Position numbers and translations under genes: made by a program | Assembly: GCA_036787995.1 (NCBI GenBank) | Contig: DAIQOH010000001.1 | Location: forward strand, 40,329 to 104,328 | From: Limnohabitans sp. | GTDB taxonomy: Bacteria > Pseudomonadota > Gammaproteobacteria > Burkholderiales > Burkholderiaceae_C | DNA: 64,000 nucleotides | Direction of reading: 5' to 3' | The notes under the pieces: model-generated | What the model was told of the DNA's origin: nothing | Seen by the model: the letters and a program-made list of their open reading frames with translations, nothing else | Database searches by the model: none | Part shown: positions 1 to 12,296 of the stretch, piece by piece | How the letters are laid out: every line of letters starts with the position of its first letter | How positions within the stretch are numbered: position 1 is the stretch's first letter

Positions 1-296
1 GTGGACGCATGTTTGTCAAACCCAATGATCCTGTGTATGAAGGCATGATTGTGGGCATACACAGCCGTGACAACGATTTGGTGGTGAACGCAACCCGTAC
101 CAAGCAGTTGACCAACTTCCGTGTCAGTGGCAAAGAAGACGCCATCAAAATCACACCACCCATTCAGTTAACACTGGAGTATGGGGTGGAGTTCATCGAC
201 GATGATGAGCTGGTTGAAATCACGCCCAAGAGCGTTCGCTTGCGCAAGCGTTTCTTGAAAGAGCATGAACGCAAACGCGCCAGCCGCGAAGCCTGA
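1..296 (+). CDS. typA: Translational GTPase TypA/BipA, C-terminal part (5'-truncated by window edge)
   Basis: VYEGMIVGIHSRDNDLVVN...KQLTNFR...EFIDDDELVEITPKSVRLRKR is the BipA C-terminal domain. Confidence 0.95.
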   Translation, partial: GRMFVKPNDPVYEGMIVGIHSRDNDLVVNATRTKQLTNFRVSGKEDAIKITPPIQLTLEYGVEFIDDDELVEITPKSVRLRKRFLKEHERKRASREA

Positions 297-306
297 TCTT
301 GCGTCT

Positions 307-1197
307 ATGACCTTTAAGCTTCATCGCAAGCAAGCGCTATGGGTCATGGTTTTGGCCACTGTGTTGTGGTCCTTGGCAGGCGTTGTTTCTCGTCAAATCA
401 CCCAAGCCCAAAGTTTTGAGGTTACGTTTTGGCGCAGTTTTTTTACATTGGTATCACTCAGCATCTTATTGCCTGTTTTAAAAGGACGGCGGTTTTTGCT
501 GAACATGCCATGGCGTGACACAAGCTTTTGGCTTTCAGGTATGTGTTGGTCGGTGATGTTTACCGCTTTTATGTTGGCATTGACCATGACCAGCGTGGCC
601 AATGTACTTATCACCATGGCTATGGGCCCTGTCTTTACCGCTTTGTTGTCTCGCTTTGTGGGTGGAAGGCGTTTGGCTTTGCACACTTGGTTGGCGATCG
701 CGGTGGCCGGTTTGGGTATGGCGTTCATGTTTGTGTCGCAAGTCCAGATCGATGACGGTCTGCATCTCAAAGGCATGCTTGTTGCGCTGTCTGTTCCCTT
801 GGCGGGCGCGATTCAATGGAATCTGACACACCATCTGCAAGCCGCAGCACAGCCGTCAGACTTCATGCCTGCGGTTTGGATTGGCGCAATGTTGTCAAGT
901 ATTTATACCGCACCATTGGCGCTACCTGGCATGGCTGGTTCTACAGATTTGGTTTGGTTGGCTGCGCTGGGGTTGTTTCAACTGGCTGTTCCCTGTTTAT
1001 TGGCCGTATGGGCTTCTCAGGTGTTGAAATCCCATGAAGTGGCGCTGTTGGCACTGTTAGAGGTGCTGTTTGGCATTGCATGGGCTTGGTGGGGTGCGAA
1101 TGAGGCACCAACGCTTTCGGTTGTGATGGGCGGTGCTTTGGTACTGGGTGCTTTGGCTTTGAACGAAGTCACATCTTGGAGATCATCGAATGAATGA
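307..1197 (+). CDS. DMT/EamA family transporter
   Basis: About 10 hydrophobic helices, FWRS and LLEVLFG motifs; start placed at ATG 307 after the typA stop. Confidence 0.85.
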   Translation: MTFKLHRKQALWVMVLATVLWSLAGVVSRQITQAQSFEVTFWRSFFTLVSLSILLPVLKGRRFLLNMPWRDTSFWLSGMCWSVMFTAFMLALTMTSVANVLITMAMGPVFTALLSRFVGGRRLALHTWLAIAVAGLGMAFMFVSQVQIDDGLHLKGMLVALSVPLAGAIQWNLTHHLQAAAQPSDFMPAVWIGAMLSSIYTAPLALPGMAGSTDLVWLAALGLFQLAVPCLLAVWASQVLKSHEVALLALLEVLFGIAWAWWGANEAPTLSVVMGGALVLGALALNEVTSWRSSNE

Positions 1198-2323
1198 CGT
1201 GCTTGTGTTGACGCATGGAGATGTCTTGGCCGAGGTGCAAGGGTCAGTGGGTTTGGTCACCTTGAACCGTCCCAAGGCTTTGAACGCCTTGTCTTTAGAT
1301 ATGGTGCGTAGCATCACCCATGTGTTGTCTGCATGGCAACACGACCCGCGTGTAAAAGCATTGGCTATGCGTGGCATGGGAAGAGAGGGCGCGTTTGGTG
1401 CTTTTTGTGCAGGTGGCGATATTCGCTTCTTTCACCAAGCCGCTTTGTCAGGCGATCCTCGCTTAGAAGATTTCTTCACCGAAGAATACCGTCTAAACCA
1501 CTTGATTCACCATTACCCCAAGCCTTGCATCGTGTTCATGGATGGTGTGGTCATGGGTGGGGGCATGGGCTTGGCGCAGGGGGCTGCTTTGCGCATAGCA
1601 ACAGAGCGCACCAAGATGGCCATGCCTGAGACCATGATTGGTCTGTTTCCTGATGTGGGTGGTGGGTATTTTTTGAGTCGATGCCAAGGTGCCTTGGGAG
1701 AGTATTTAGGCCTGTCGGGTCAAATGTTGAATGGCACTGAAGCGGTGTTCGCAGGCTTGGCCGATGTCTTGTGTGACAGTGCTGCTTTGAATGATTTATG
1801 GGCGGAGTTGCCCTCTATCAACTGGACACATGCAGATGCTTTGGCGCATTTCATATCGCAATTCAAAGCTTCTTCTCCATCCGCTAAAGCCTTTACACCT
1901 GCTTGGTGGAATCCATTCTTGAACCAAGTCTTCAGCGCACCTGATCTGCAAGGCATTGTCAAGGCACTGGCATCTTCCAATGCCCATCACGTCTTGGAGG
2001 CATTGCAAAAGCGCTCGCCCCTCATGCTGGCTGTCACCCTCGAACAAATTCGCCGTGCGCGTCACATGAACCTGAGCGATGAATTGCGTATGGAGCGCGA
2101 CTTGGTGCGCCACAGTTTCCATCCACAGCATTTAGATCGCACCGCCACGCAAAGCGACACGGTAGAGGGTATTCGTGCCTTGGCCGTGGACAAAGACCAT
2201 GCGCCCCATTGGTGGCCAGCGCGTATGGATGAAGTTACCAATGACATGGTGGCGCCATTCTTCACCAGCCCTTGGCCTGCATCTGCGCACCCTTTGCGTG
2301 ACTTGCAAACACCTCATCGCTGA
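1190..2323 (+). CDS. Enoyl-CoA hydratase/isomerase family, 3-hydroxyisobutyryl-CoA hydrolase-like
   Basis: LNRPKALNAL, FCAGGDI, DGVVMGGGMG, AMPETMIGLFPDVG, EGIRALAVDKD motifs. Confidence 0.9.
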   Translation: MNDVLVLTHGDVLAEVQGSVGLVTLNRPKALNALSLDMVRSITHVLSAWQHDPRVKALAMRGMGREGAFGAFCAGGDIRFFHQAALSGDPRLEDFFTEEYRLNHLIHHYPKPCIVFMDGVVMGGGMGLAQGAALRIATERTKMAMPETMIGLFPDVGGGYFLSRCQGALGEYLGLSGQMLNGTEAVFAGLADVLCDSAALNDLWAELPSINWTHADALAHFISQFKASSPSAKAFTPAWWNPFLNQVFSAPDLQGIVKALASSNAHHVLEALQKRSPLMLAVTLEQIRRARHMNLSDELRMERDLVRHSFHPQHLDRTATQSDTVEGIRALAVDKDHAPHWWPARMDEVTNDMVAPFFTSPWPASAHPLRDLQTPHR

Positions 2324-2339
2324 ATTTTTAGGAAACCCT

Positions 2340-3086
2340 ATGGCGACACCCATCAAAGTTTTGTTCGGTTTTCACGCGGTGGGTGTGCGACTGAAAACAG
2401 CACCTGCCTCGGTGATAGAAGTCTTTATGGATCCCACTCGCCGCGACGCTCGTATGCGGCAGTTTCTAGAGCGTGCCAAAGAGGCTAAGGTGAAATTGAT
2501 TGAATCTGATGGCCCTCGCTTAGCACAGCTTGCGGGTAGCCATGGCCACCAAGGTGTGGTGGCAAGGGTGTATGCCATCGACATCGCCAAGTCTCTGGAT
2601 ACTTGTTTAGAGGCTTTGCCTACGAACGTACCAGCCTTGTTGTTGGTGCTTGATGGCATCACCGATCCCCATAACTTGGGCGCTTGTTTGCGTGTGGCCG
2701 ATGGCGCAGGTGTTCATGCAGTTATCGCACCCAAAGACCATGCGGTGGGGATCAATGCCACCGTGGCCAAAGTGGCCAGTGGCGCTGCTGAAACCGTGCC
2801 TTACTTTATGGTGACCAATTTGGCACGTACCTTGAACGAACTGAAAGAACGCAATATCTGGGTGATCGGCACCAGCGACGATGCAACCCACACCTTGTAT
2901 GACATTGATTTAAAAGTTCCCACAGCCTGGGTTCTGGGTGCGGAGGGCGATGGCCTGCGGCAACTCACCCGTAAGACTTGCGACCAATTGGTGTCCATTC
3001 CCATGGCCGGAGGCGTGGAAAGCTTGAACGTGTCGGTGGCCAGCGGTATTTGTTTGTACGAAACCGTCAGACAACGCAGGTCTTGA
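2340..3086 (+). CDS. rlmB: 23S rRNA (guanosine-2251-2'-O)-methyltransferase RlmB
   Basis: HQGVVA, LDGITDPHNLGACLR, GAEGDGLR, ESLNVSVA SpoU motifs; start at ATG 2340. Confidence 0.95.
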   Translation: MATPIKVLFGFHAVGVRLKTAPASVIEVFMDPTRRDARMRQFLERAKEAKVKLIESDGPRLAQLAGSHGHQGVVARVYAIDIAKSLDTCLEALPTNVPALLLVLDGITDPHNLGACLRVADGAGVHAVIAPKDHAVGINATVAKVASGAAETVPYFMVTNLARTLNELKERNIWVIGTSDDATHTLYDIDLKVPTAWVLGAEGDGLRQLTRKTCDQLVSIPMAGGVESLNVSVASGICLYETVRQRRS

Positions 3087-3093
3087 GCCACCT

Positions 3094-3121
3094 CTTGAAA
3101 CTTCTCTAAGCGCCCTTAGAT
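3094..3121 (+). promoter_or_regulatory. Putative sigma-32 (RpoH) heat-shock promoter
   Basis: CTTGAAA (3094-3100), 12 nt spacer, CCCTTAGAT; resembles CTTGAAA-N13-CCCCAT and lies upstream of an Hsp20 gene. Confidence 0.6.
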
Positions 3122-3127
3122 TCAAAA

Positions 3128-3189
3128 TACCCGATGCCTTAGGGGTCTGGGAATTTGATTCACTTGCTTTATTTAAGGAGAAATTCATG
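3128..3189 (+). ncRNA. Putative ROSE-like RNA thermometer in the Hsp20 5' UTR
   Basis: CTTGCT can pair with AGGAG (SD), GAATTT pairs with AAATTC beside the ATG, and a GATGCC...GGGGTC element lies upstream. Confidence 0.65.
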
Positions 3190-3648
3190 GCTTATTCATT
3201 TGGACGTAATTTATTGTTGAGTTCGGTCGGCTTTGAGCGATTGATCGATGCATTTGAGCAGTATGAAACAGCAGAGTCGACTGCCCGTCCGACCGCATAT
3301 CCCCCTTACAACATCGTCAAGTTAGACCAGCACGACTATGCAATAGAAATTGCAGTGGCTGGATTTGGACAAGACGAAATTGATATCACTGCCGAGGGCA
3401 ACAAACTGGTGGTTGAGGGCAAAGTCAAGGTTCAGCCCCATGGTGAATACCTGCACAAAGGCATTGCCACCCGTGACTTTAAACACCAATTCACCTTGGC
3501 TGAAACCGTGGTTGTGCGATCTGCGGATGTGGTCAACGGCATGCTGGTGATTCGTTTGGAAAACGTGATTCCTGCAGAAAAACTTCCCCGCAAAATCATG
3601 ATCGGGGACGCCAGCAAACATGTAGTGGCAGAGCGTTTGGCTGCTTAA
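3187..3648 (+). CDS. Small heat shock protein, Hsp20/IbpA family
   Basis: VGFERL, YPPYNIVK, IEIAVAGF, YLHKGIATRDF, NGMLVIRLENVIP. Confidence 0.95.
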   Translation: MAYSFGRNLLLSSVGFERLIDAFEQYETAESTARPTAYPPYNIVKLDQHDYAIEIAVAGFGQDEIDITAEGNKLVVEGKVKVQPHGEYLHKGIATRDFKHQFTLAETVVVRSADVVNGMLVIRLENVIPAEKLPRKIMIGDASKHVVAERLAA

Positions 3649-3675
3649 CCGCGTTGTTGAAAAGTTACCCCCATC

Positions 3676-4194
3676 TCATTCATCAAGAGGTGGGGGTTCA
3701 TTCAACAAAGACCACCGTTCATGGTCTCGCCATTCACCGTTCTTTCTCAAAAAATGTCGACTTAAACCTTCTTTTTCAAACCCACAGGCTTTGATCAAAG
3801 CAATGGATGAAAAGTTGTCTGGTTGAATATTGGCTTCCAAGCGATGCAGCTTGAATGATCCAAAAGCCTTGGCAATCACATGCTGAACGGCTTGACGCAT
3901 CAAACCTTGCTTTAACTGACCTGCAAAGCCATAGTAGATGAGGTAGGCATTTTGAAAATCGCCTCGGAAAATATCTTGGAGTTCAACCACGCCAACCATT
4001 TCTTGTGTGTCAGTGCGAATCGCTACATAAGCTTGGTCCTCGGCTGTATTCATTTCTTTGATGTAACGCTGAAAAGCTTTGGCGCTGGTAGGGACCTTTA
4101 CCCATCTGCGGTGCAATTCTCGGCTTCGCCGAATATGCCCCATGAAAACCGTTTCATCAGATGCTTTTAAATGGCGAAGTTGCACGCTGCACAT
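3676..4194 (-). CDS. GNAT N-acetyltransferase, RimJ/RimL type
   Basis: LHRLEANIQPDNFSSIAL...GFEKEG...WRDHERW; start uncertain (4194 or 4230). Confidence 0.88.
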   Translation of the reverse strand: MCSVQLRHLKASDETVFMGHIRRSRELHRRWVKVPTSAKAFQRYIKEMNTAEDQAYVAIRTDTQEMVGVVELQDIFRGDFQNAYLIYYGFAGQLKQGLMRQAVQHVIAKAFGSFKLHRLEANIQPDNFSSIALIKACGFEKEGLSRHFLRKNGEWRDHERWSLLNEPPPLDE

Positions 4195-4195
4195 T

Positions 4196-4777
4196 TCACA
4201 TTCCCAAGATTGCACCGATGACTGCACCACCCAGCATCAACCACAGCAGATGTACACGAGTGTTTAAAACAAGCAGCATGCTCAAAGCACATACCAGCAG
4301 CAAGCGCCAATCCATCTCTGGGTTACTGGCGGTTTGCAGCAACCAACCGGCTGACAGCATCAAACCCATCACTAGCGGCACCATGCCTGCTTTGAACGCA
4401 CGAACACCGCGTGCATGTTGATGCAATTGCAACCACTTACCCATAAAGTAACTGAGCAAAGAGGAGGGTAAAACCGCTGCGATAAGCAGCCCCAATGCCA
4501 TCAGCAAACCTGTAACCACGGCAAGAGTCCCTGTTTCAGACCTACCCGCTGCTTGTAAACCGATATTCCAGCCCATCACTGCCACCAGCAAGATATTGGG
4601 ACCTGGTGCGATTTGCGCCAAGGTGACCGACTGACTGAATGCGGTTTCACTCAGCAGCTGTAAATCATTCACCAAATAACGGTGCATGTCTGGCACGATG
4701 GCCAAAGCGCCACCGATAGCCAGCAAGGACAACATACAAAAATGCAGATGCAACTGCAACCACAGTTGCCATGTCAT
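4196..4777 (-). CDS. Short-chain chromate transporter (CHR family), second subunit
   Basis: LSLLAIGGA, LAQIAPGPN motifs; start placed at ATG 4777 overlapping the upstream stop. Confidence 0.88.
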   Translation of the reverse strand: MTWQLWLQLHLHFCMLSLLAIGGALAIVPDMHRYLVNDLQLLSETAFSQSVTLAQIAPGPNILLVAVMGWNIGLQAAGRSETGTLAVVTGLLMALGLLIAAVLPSSLLSYFMGKWLQLHQHARGVRAFKAGMVPLVMGLMLSAGWLLQTASNPEMDWRLLLVCALSMLLVLNTRVHLLWLMLGGAVIGAILGM

Positions 4778-5394
4778 GGCGATTCCTTTGGCTGTAAGCG
4801 CCACCACGTGAGGCCGCACGAAACAAGGCCCACCACCCCAATCACATGTGCTAAGGGCCAATGCAACACGGCCACCAAAACAAAGCTCAATGCGGTAAAG
4901 GACAAAGCCAACACCTTACCGATGGGGTGTTGATTCACGGTAGGCCAAAAACGCCAACCCGCTGCCATCACCATACCTGCTGCCGCCGCCCCCATGCCAT
5001 GCAAGGCAGAGGCCACGATGGGTAAATGGGCGAACGCTTGGAAGGTAAAAACAATGGTCAGCATCAACAAACCAGGGATCATGAGCAAGCCAGCCATGGC
5101 GGCCAGCGCACCTGTTGGACCAAAGTGTTTGCCACCCAGCATGACCGACAGGTTGACCACATTCGGGCCGGGCAGGGTTTGCGCCAAAGCCCACTCTTCG
5201 GCAAATTCCGAGAGTGTCATCCATTGTTTTCTATCAACTATTTCACGTTGCACCACGGCCAACACGCCACCAAAGCCTTGCAGGCCCAGCCAAGTGAAGG
5301 ACAAAAACAAATCAGTGCGGGAGCGGGGGGCGTTTGAAATAACAAGGCTTTCTAAGGTGATTAGGCGTATGTTAGTGGGAAATACCCCCACCAC
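4774..5394 (-). CDS. Short-chain chromate transporter (CHR family), first subunit
   Basis: LGLQGFGG, AQTLPGPNVVNL motifs; true start probably somewhat downstream of 5394. Confidence 0.88.
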   Translation of the reverse strand: MVGVFPTNIRLITLESLVISNAPRSRTDLFLSFTWLGLQGFGGVLAVVQREIVDRKQWMTLSEFAEEWALAQTLPGPNVVNLSVMLGGKHFGPTGALAAMAGLLMIPGLLMLTIVFTFQAFAHLPIVASALHGMGAAAAGMVMAAGWRFWPTVNQHPIGKVLALSFTALSFVLVAVLHWPLAHVIGVVGLVSCGLTWWRLQPKESP

Positions 5395-5410
5395 TTAGAA
5401 TCAAGGGCTG

Positions 5411-7678
5411 ATGAACGCCCCCATAAACGTCTCTTTTTTCCCCCGCGTTGCCAAGCCTCTGACCAGTTACCGCAAGTACTGGGCCGCTCGCTTTGGCACC
5501 GCGCCGTTTTTGCCTATGAATCGCGCAGAAATGACGCAACTCGGTTGGGACAGTTGCGACATCATTTTGGTCACGGGTGACGCTTATGTGGACCACCCGA
5601 GTTTCGGCATGGCGGTGATCGGCCGCATGCTGGAAGCGCAAGGGTTCAGAGTGGGCATCATCGCGCAACCTGAGTGGCACAGTGCCGAGGCGTTTCAAGC
5701 TTTGGGCAAACCCAATTTGTTTTTCGGTGTGACCGCGGGCAATATGGATTCCATGATCAACCGCTACACCGCTGACCGCAAAATCCGCAGCGACGATGCT
5801 TACACACCCGGAGGCGTGGGCGGCAAGCGACCCGATCGCAGCGTGTTGGTCTACAGCCAACGTTGTCGAGAAGCCTATGCCGAGGTGCCCATCGTCATTG
5901 GCGGCATCGAGGCCTCGTTGCGACGCATCGCGCATTACGACTATTGGCAAGACAAGGTGCGTCGCGCCATCCTGATTGACGCCAAGGCCGATTTGCTGCT
6001 GTACGGCAATGCCGAGCGGGCCTTGGTGGAAGTGGCGCATCGATTGGCGGCCAAAGAAGCCATTGCCGACATCACCGATGTGCGGGGCACGGCGTTCATC
6101 GTCAAGCACACCCCTGAAGATTGGTTCGAGATCGATTCCACCGAGGTGGACATGCCGGGTCGTGTCGAGTCGCATGTCAATCCATACCTGATGGTCAGCG
6201 AGCAAGCCATGGCGCAGGGCGAGAGTTGTGCCCGGCAAGATGAGTTGGACGCGCGTATGCCCGTCACTGCAAGGAGCGAAGTGACTAAGCATGTCAAAGT
6301 CCCACCCCGCAACAAAAGTGTCATCCGCCTGCCCAGCTACGAACAGGTGAAAAGCGATCCCGTACTGTATGCCCATGCCAACCGCGTCCTTCACTTGGAG
6401 ACCAACCCCGGCAATGCCCGTGCCTTGGTGCAAGCACACGGTGAAGGTCGCACCGCTCGCGACGTGTGGATCAACCCTCCGCCCATTCCGCTCACCACAG
6501 CCGAGATGGACCATGTGTTCGACCTGCCTTATGCCCGCAGCCCGCACCCGGCTTATGCAGACGCCCAAGGTGGTCATGATGGTGAGACCAAGATTCCTGC
6601 GTGGGAAATGATCCGTTTCAGCGTCAACATCATGCGCGGGTGTTTCGGTGGTTGCACGTTTTGCTCGATCACCGAGCATGAAGGGCGCATCATCCAAAGC
6701 CGCAGCGAAGAATCTATCTTGCGCGAAATTGAAGACATACGCGACAAAGTGCCCGGTTTCACCGGCGTGGTCAGTGACTTGGGCGGTCCCACGGCCAACA
6801 TGTACCGGATTGGTTGTCGTACGCCCGAGATTGAAGCTGCTTGTCGCAAACCGAGTTGCGTTTACCCTGGCATTTGTCCGAACTTGAACACCAGCCATGC
6901 CGCGCTGATCCAGCTCTACCGCAAAGCTCGCGCTTTGCGTGGCGTGAAAAAAATCCTGATCGGCTCAGGCTTGCGATACGACTTGGCGGTCGAAAGCCCT
7001 GAGTATGTGAAAGAGTTGGTGACCCACCATGTGGGTGGCTATTTGAAAATTGCGCCTGAGCACACCGAGGGCAGCCCGCTGTCCATGATGATGAAGCCGG
7101 GCATTGGCAGTTACGACCGCTTCAAGCAAATGTTTGACAAGTACAGCGCCGAGGCGGGCAAGAAGCAATACCTGATTCCCTACTTCATCGCGGCGCATCC
7201 GGGCACGCGTGACGAAGACATGATGCACTTGGCGGTATGGTTGAAGAAAAATGGTTTTCGGGCCGACCAGGTGCAAACTTTTTACCCTAGCCCCATGGCC
7301 ACCGCCACGGCCATGTACCACTCGGGAAAAAACCCGTTGCGCCGTGTGGGGCGTGAAAGTGAAGCTGTCGACATTGTCCGTGGTGACAAGCGCCGTCGTT
7401 TGCACAAAGCGTTTTTGCGCTACCACGATCCAAACAACTGGCCACTCTTGCGTGAGGCCTTGAAGGCCATGGGACGTGCCGACCTGATTGGCAACGGCAA
7501 ACAGCATTTGATACCGAGGTTTCAACCTTTGAACACAGAGGGCTATACCAGCAGTCGGCGTAAAAACAGCACCTCGGCCGCGGCCAAAACTTCGCCAGTG
7601 ACGCAGGGACGGGTGAAAGCAGCTCCGGGTAAGATACTGACACAGCACACAGGTTTGCCGCCGCGCAAAACCAAATAA
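5411..7678 (+). CDS. ygiQ: YgiQ family radical SAM protein (UPF0313)
   Basis: [32 protein letters not shown] (CxxxCxxC), [10 protein letters not shown]. Confidence 0.93.
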   Translation: MNAPINVSFFPRVAKPLTSYRKYWAARFGTAPFLPMNRAEMTQLGWDSCDIILVTGDAYVDHPSFGMAVIGRMLEAQGFRVGIIAQPEWHSAEAFQALGKPNLFFGVTAGNMDSMINRYTADRKIRSDDAYTPGGVGGKRPDRSVLVYSQRCREAYAEVPIVIGGIEASLRRIAHYDYWQDKVRRAILIDAKADLLLYGNAERALVEVAHRLAAKEAIADITDVRGTAFIVKHTPEDWFEIDSTEVDMPGRVESHVNPYLMVSEQAMAQGESCARQDELDARMPVTARSEVTKHVKVPPRNKSVIRLPSYEQVKSDPVLYAHANRVLHLETNPGNARALVQAHGEGRTARDVWINPPPIPLTTAEMDHVFDLPYARSPHPAYADAQGGHDGETKIPAWEMIRFSVNIMRGCFGGCTFCSITEHEGRIIQSRSEESILREIEDIRDKVPGFTGVVSDLGGPTANMYRIGCRTPEIEAACRKPSCVYPGICPNLNTSHAALIQLYRKARALRGVKKILIGSGLRYDLAVESPEYVKELVTHHVGGYLKIAPEHTEGSPLSMMMKPGIGSYDRFKQMFDKYSAEAGKKQYLIPYFIAAHPGTRDEDMMHLAVWLKKNGFRADQVQTFYPSPMATATAMYHSGKNPLRRVGRESEAVDIVRGDKRRRLHKAFLRYHDPNNWPLLREALKAMGRADLIGNGKQHLIPRFQPLNTEGYTSSRRKNSTSAAAKTSPVTQGRVKAAPGKILTQHTGLPPRKTK
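6262..6295 (+). repeat. CGTC-type REP/RPE-like element embedded in the ygiQ coding sequence
   Basis: CGTCACTGCAAGGAGCGAAGTGACTAAGCATGTC; first 16 nt match 15/16 the reverse complement of 7681-7713. Confidence 0.6.
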
Positions 7679-7680
7679 GA

Positions 7681-7713
7681 GACTGCCGCGTCGCGATGCT
7701 CCTCGCAGTGACG
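7681..7713 (-). repeat. CGTC-type REP/RPE-like palindromic element between convergent genes
   Basis: Minus strand reads CGTCACTGCGAGGAGCATCGCGACGCGGCAGTC: CGTC tag followed by an ACTGC...GCAGT imperfect hairpin. Confidence 0.7.
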
Positions 7714-7716
7714 CGC

Positions 7717-10551
<2,835 letters not shown>

Positions 10552-10555
<4 letters not shown>

Positions 10556-11316
10556 GCGCTGGCCTCACCGAGGTAGGCTGCTTGAACATGGGTGTCGTTG
10601 CGTATGGCTTCAGGTGTGCCACTGGCAATCACAGTGCCATTCACCATCACTGTCAACACGTTTGCCAGGGCAAATACCGCGTCCATATCGTGCTCTACCA
10701 ACAACATGGCATGGTCTTTTTTCAAAGTATGCAGGAGTTGAATCATGGTCTCAGCCTCAGCAGCACCCATGCCCGCTAAGGGTTCGTCTAACAAAAGCAC
10801 TTCAGGTTCGGTAGCCAAGACCATGGCGATTTCGAGTTGTCGTTGAATGCCATGGCTAAGCATGGCAGCGGTGGTGTTTTTCCACGCCAGTAAACCTGAC
10901 ATCTGCAAAGCGCGTTCCGCACGCGCTACCACCACGGGATTGCGCTCGGTTCTACCCCACCAAGACAAAGGGTTGTAAGGCGCGTAGGCATCTTTGGCTT
11001 GGGCTGCTAACAGGAGGTTTTCCCACACACGCAATGGAAGAAACACATTGGTTTTTTGGTAACTGCGGCCCAAGCCATTCAGCGAGAGGCGGTGATGTGG
11101 CCACCCTGTGACCGATTGGCCTTTAAGCCATAACTCACCACTGCTGGCAGAAATATCTCCGCTGAGCAAATGGGTGAGCGTGGTTTTCCCTGCACCATTG
11201 GGGCCAATGACGGCATGCAACTGGTCTTTGTACAAGGACAGCGACACACCATTGACGGCAAGCAAACCACCAAAGCGTTTGCTCAACAAAGACGCCTTAA
11301 GCAAAGGCTCAGTCAT
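10552..11316 (-). CDS. HAAT-type ABC transporter ATPase (LivG-like)
   Basis: GPNGAGKT, LSHGIQRQLE, LDEPLAG, VEHDMD, VQAAYLG; start at ATG 11316. Confidence 0.93.
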
Positions 11317-12296
11317 TTTGCTCGGCTCCCAGGGCGAAGCAAACCCATGAGCCCTTGGGGTGCAATGACGACCACCAAGACGATGAGCAATCCCATCCAC
11401 AACTGCCAATGTTTGCCCAAATCAAACCCGCCAACTTGAGGCAAGTCTTTGAACACATGCATAAACAACTCAAAACCAAAAGCCCCGACCAAGGCCCCAG
11501 CCACATTGCCCATGCCACCCAATATCACCATCATGATGGCGTGGGCACTCATGTGAAAACCCATTAATTCGGGATTGACATAGCCCGATTGCGCCGCCCA
11601 TAAATACCCCGCTAGCCCAGCCAAAGCACCGGCAAGTGTGAAAGCGGTCAGTTTGTAACTGAAACTGTCATAGCCCAAGGCTTGGGTGCGGTGTTCATTG
11701 AGTCGAATGCCGTTCAAAGTTCTGCCAAAGGGACTGACCAACAGGCGACGTAAGAATACATAGACCAGCACCAAACACACCAAGGTGAAGTAATAAAGCA
11801 CTTGCTTGTTTTCCATGTCCAAACCCAGGGCGACAGGGCGAACATTGATGTACAGACCATCGGAACCCCCCAAGCCCTTGTTGTCAAAAAACAGGAAGTA
11901 CACCATTTGTGAAAACGCCATGGTGACCATGATGAAGTAAATGCCATGCGTACGCACCACTAAACAACCAATCACCAAGGCCACCAGGGCTGCGCCCAAA
12001 ATGGCCAAGGGCAAACTGATGGCCCAACTCGCGCCCGTGTCAGCAGGGGACAAAAACGCCAATACATAGCCTGCCAAGCCAAAGTAAGCCGCATGACCTA
12101 AGGAGACTAAGCCGGTGATACCTTGCAGCAAGTCCAAGCTCATGGAGAAGATGGCCAAAATCATCATGCGTGTGACCATTTGGGTGTAGAAGTCTTGTCC
12201 CGCGAAAGGAAAGGCCAGCAAAGCCATTAAGCCTATGCTCAGCAAGGCTTGTACGCTTCGCGGCAAAGTTTCCATGTGGGCTTGAGGTGTGCTCAT
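11313..12296 (-). CDS. HAAT-type ABC transporter permease (LivM-like)
   Basis: GLVSLGHAAYFG, GIYFIMVTMAF, GGSDG, SPFGR. Confidence 0.93.
   Translation of the reverse strand: MSTPQAHMETLPRSVQALLSIGLMALLAFPFAGQDFYTQMVTRMMILAIFSMSLDLLQGITGLVSLGHAAYFGLAGYVLAFLSPADTGASWAISLPLAILGAALVALVIGCLVVRTHGIYFIMVTMAFSQMVYFLFFDNKGLGGSDGLYINVRPVALGLDMENKQVLYYFTLVCLVLVYVFLRRLLVSPFGRTLNGIRLNEHRTQALGYDSFSYKLTAFTLAGALAGLAGYLWAAQSGYVNPELMGFHMSAHAIMMVILGGMGNVAGALVGAFGFELFMHVFKDLPQVGGFDLGKHWQLWMGLLIVLVVVIAPQGLMGLLRPGSRAK

Noticed and set aside
5372..6898. 508-aa minus-strand ORF (and 6965-7936) opposite ygiQ
   Set aside because: Antisense shadow of a GC-rich conserved gene; no recognisable motifs.
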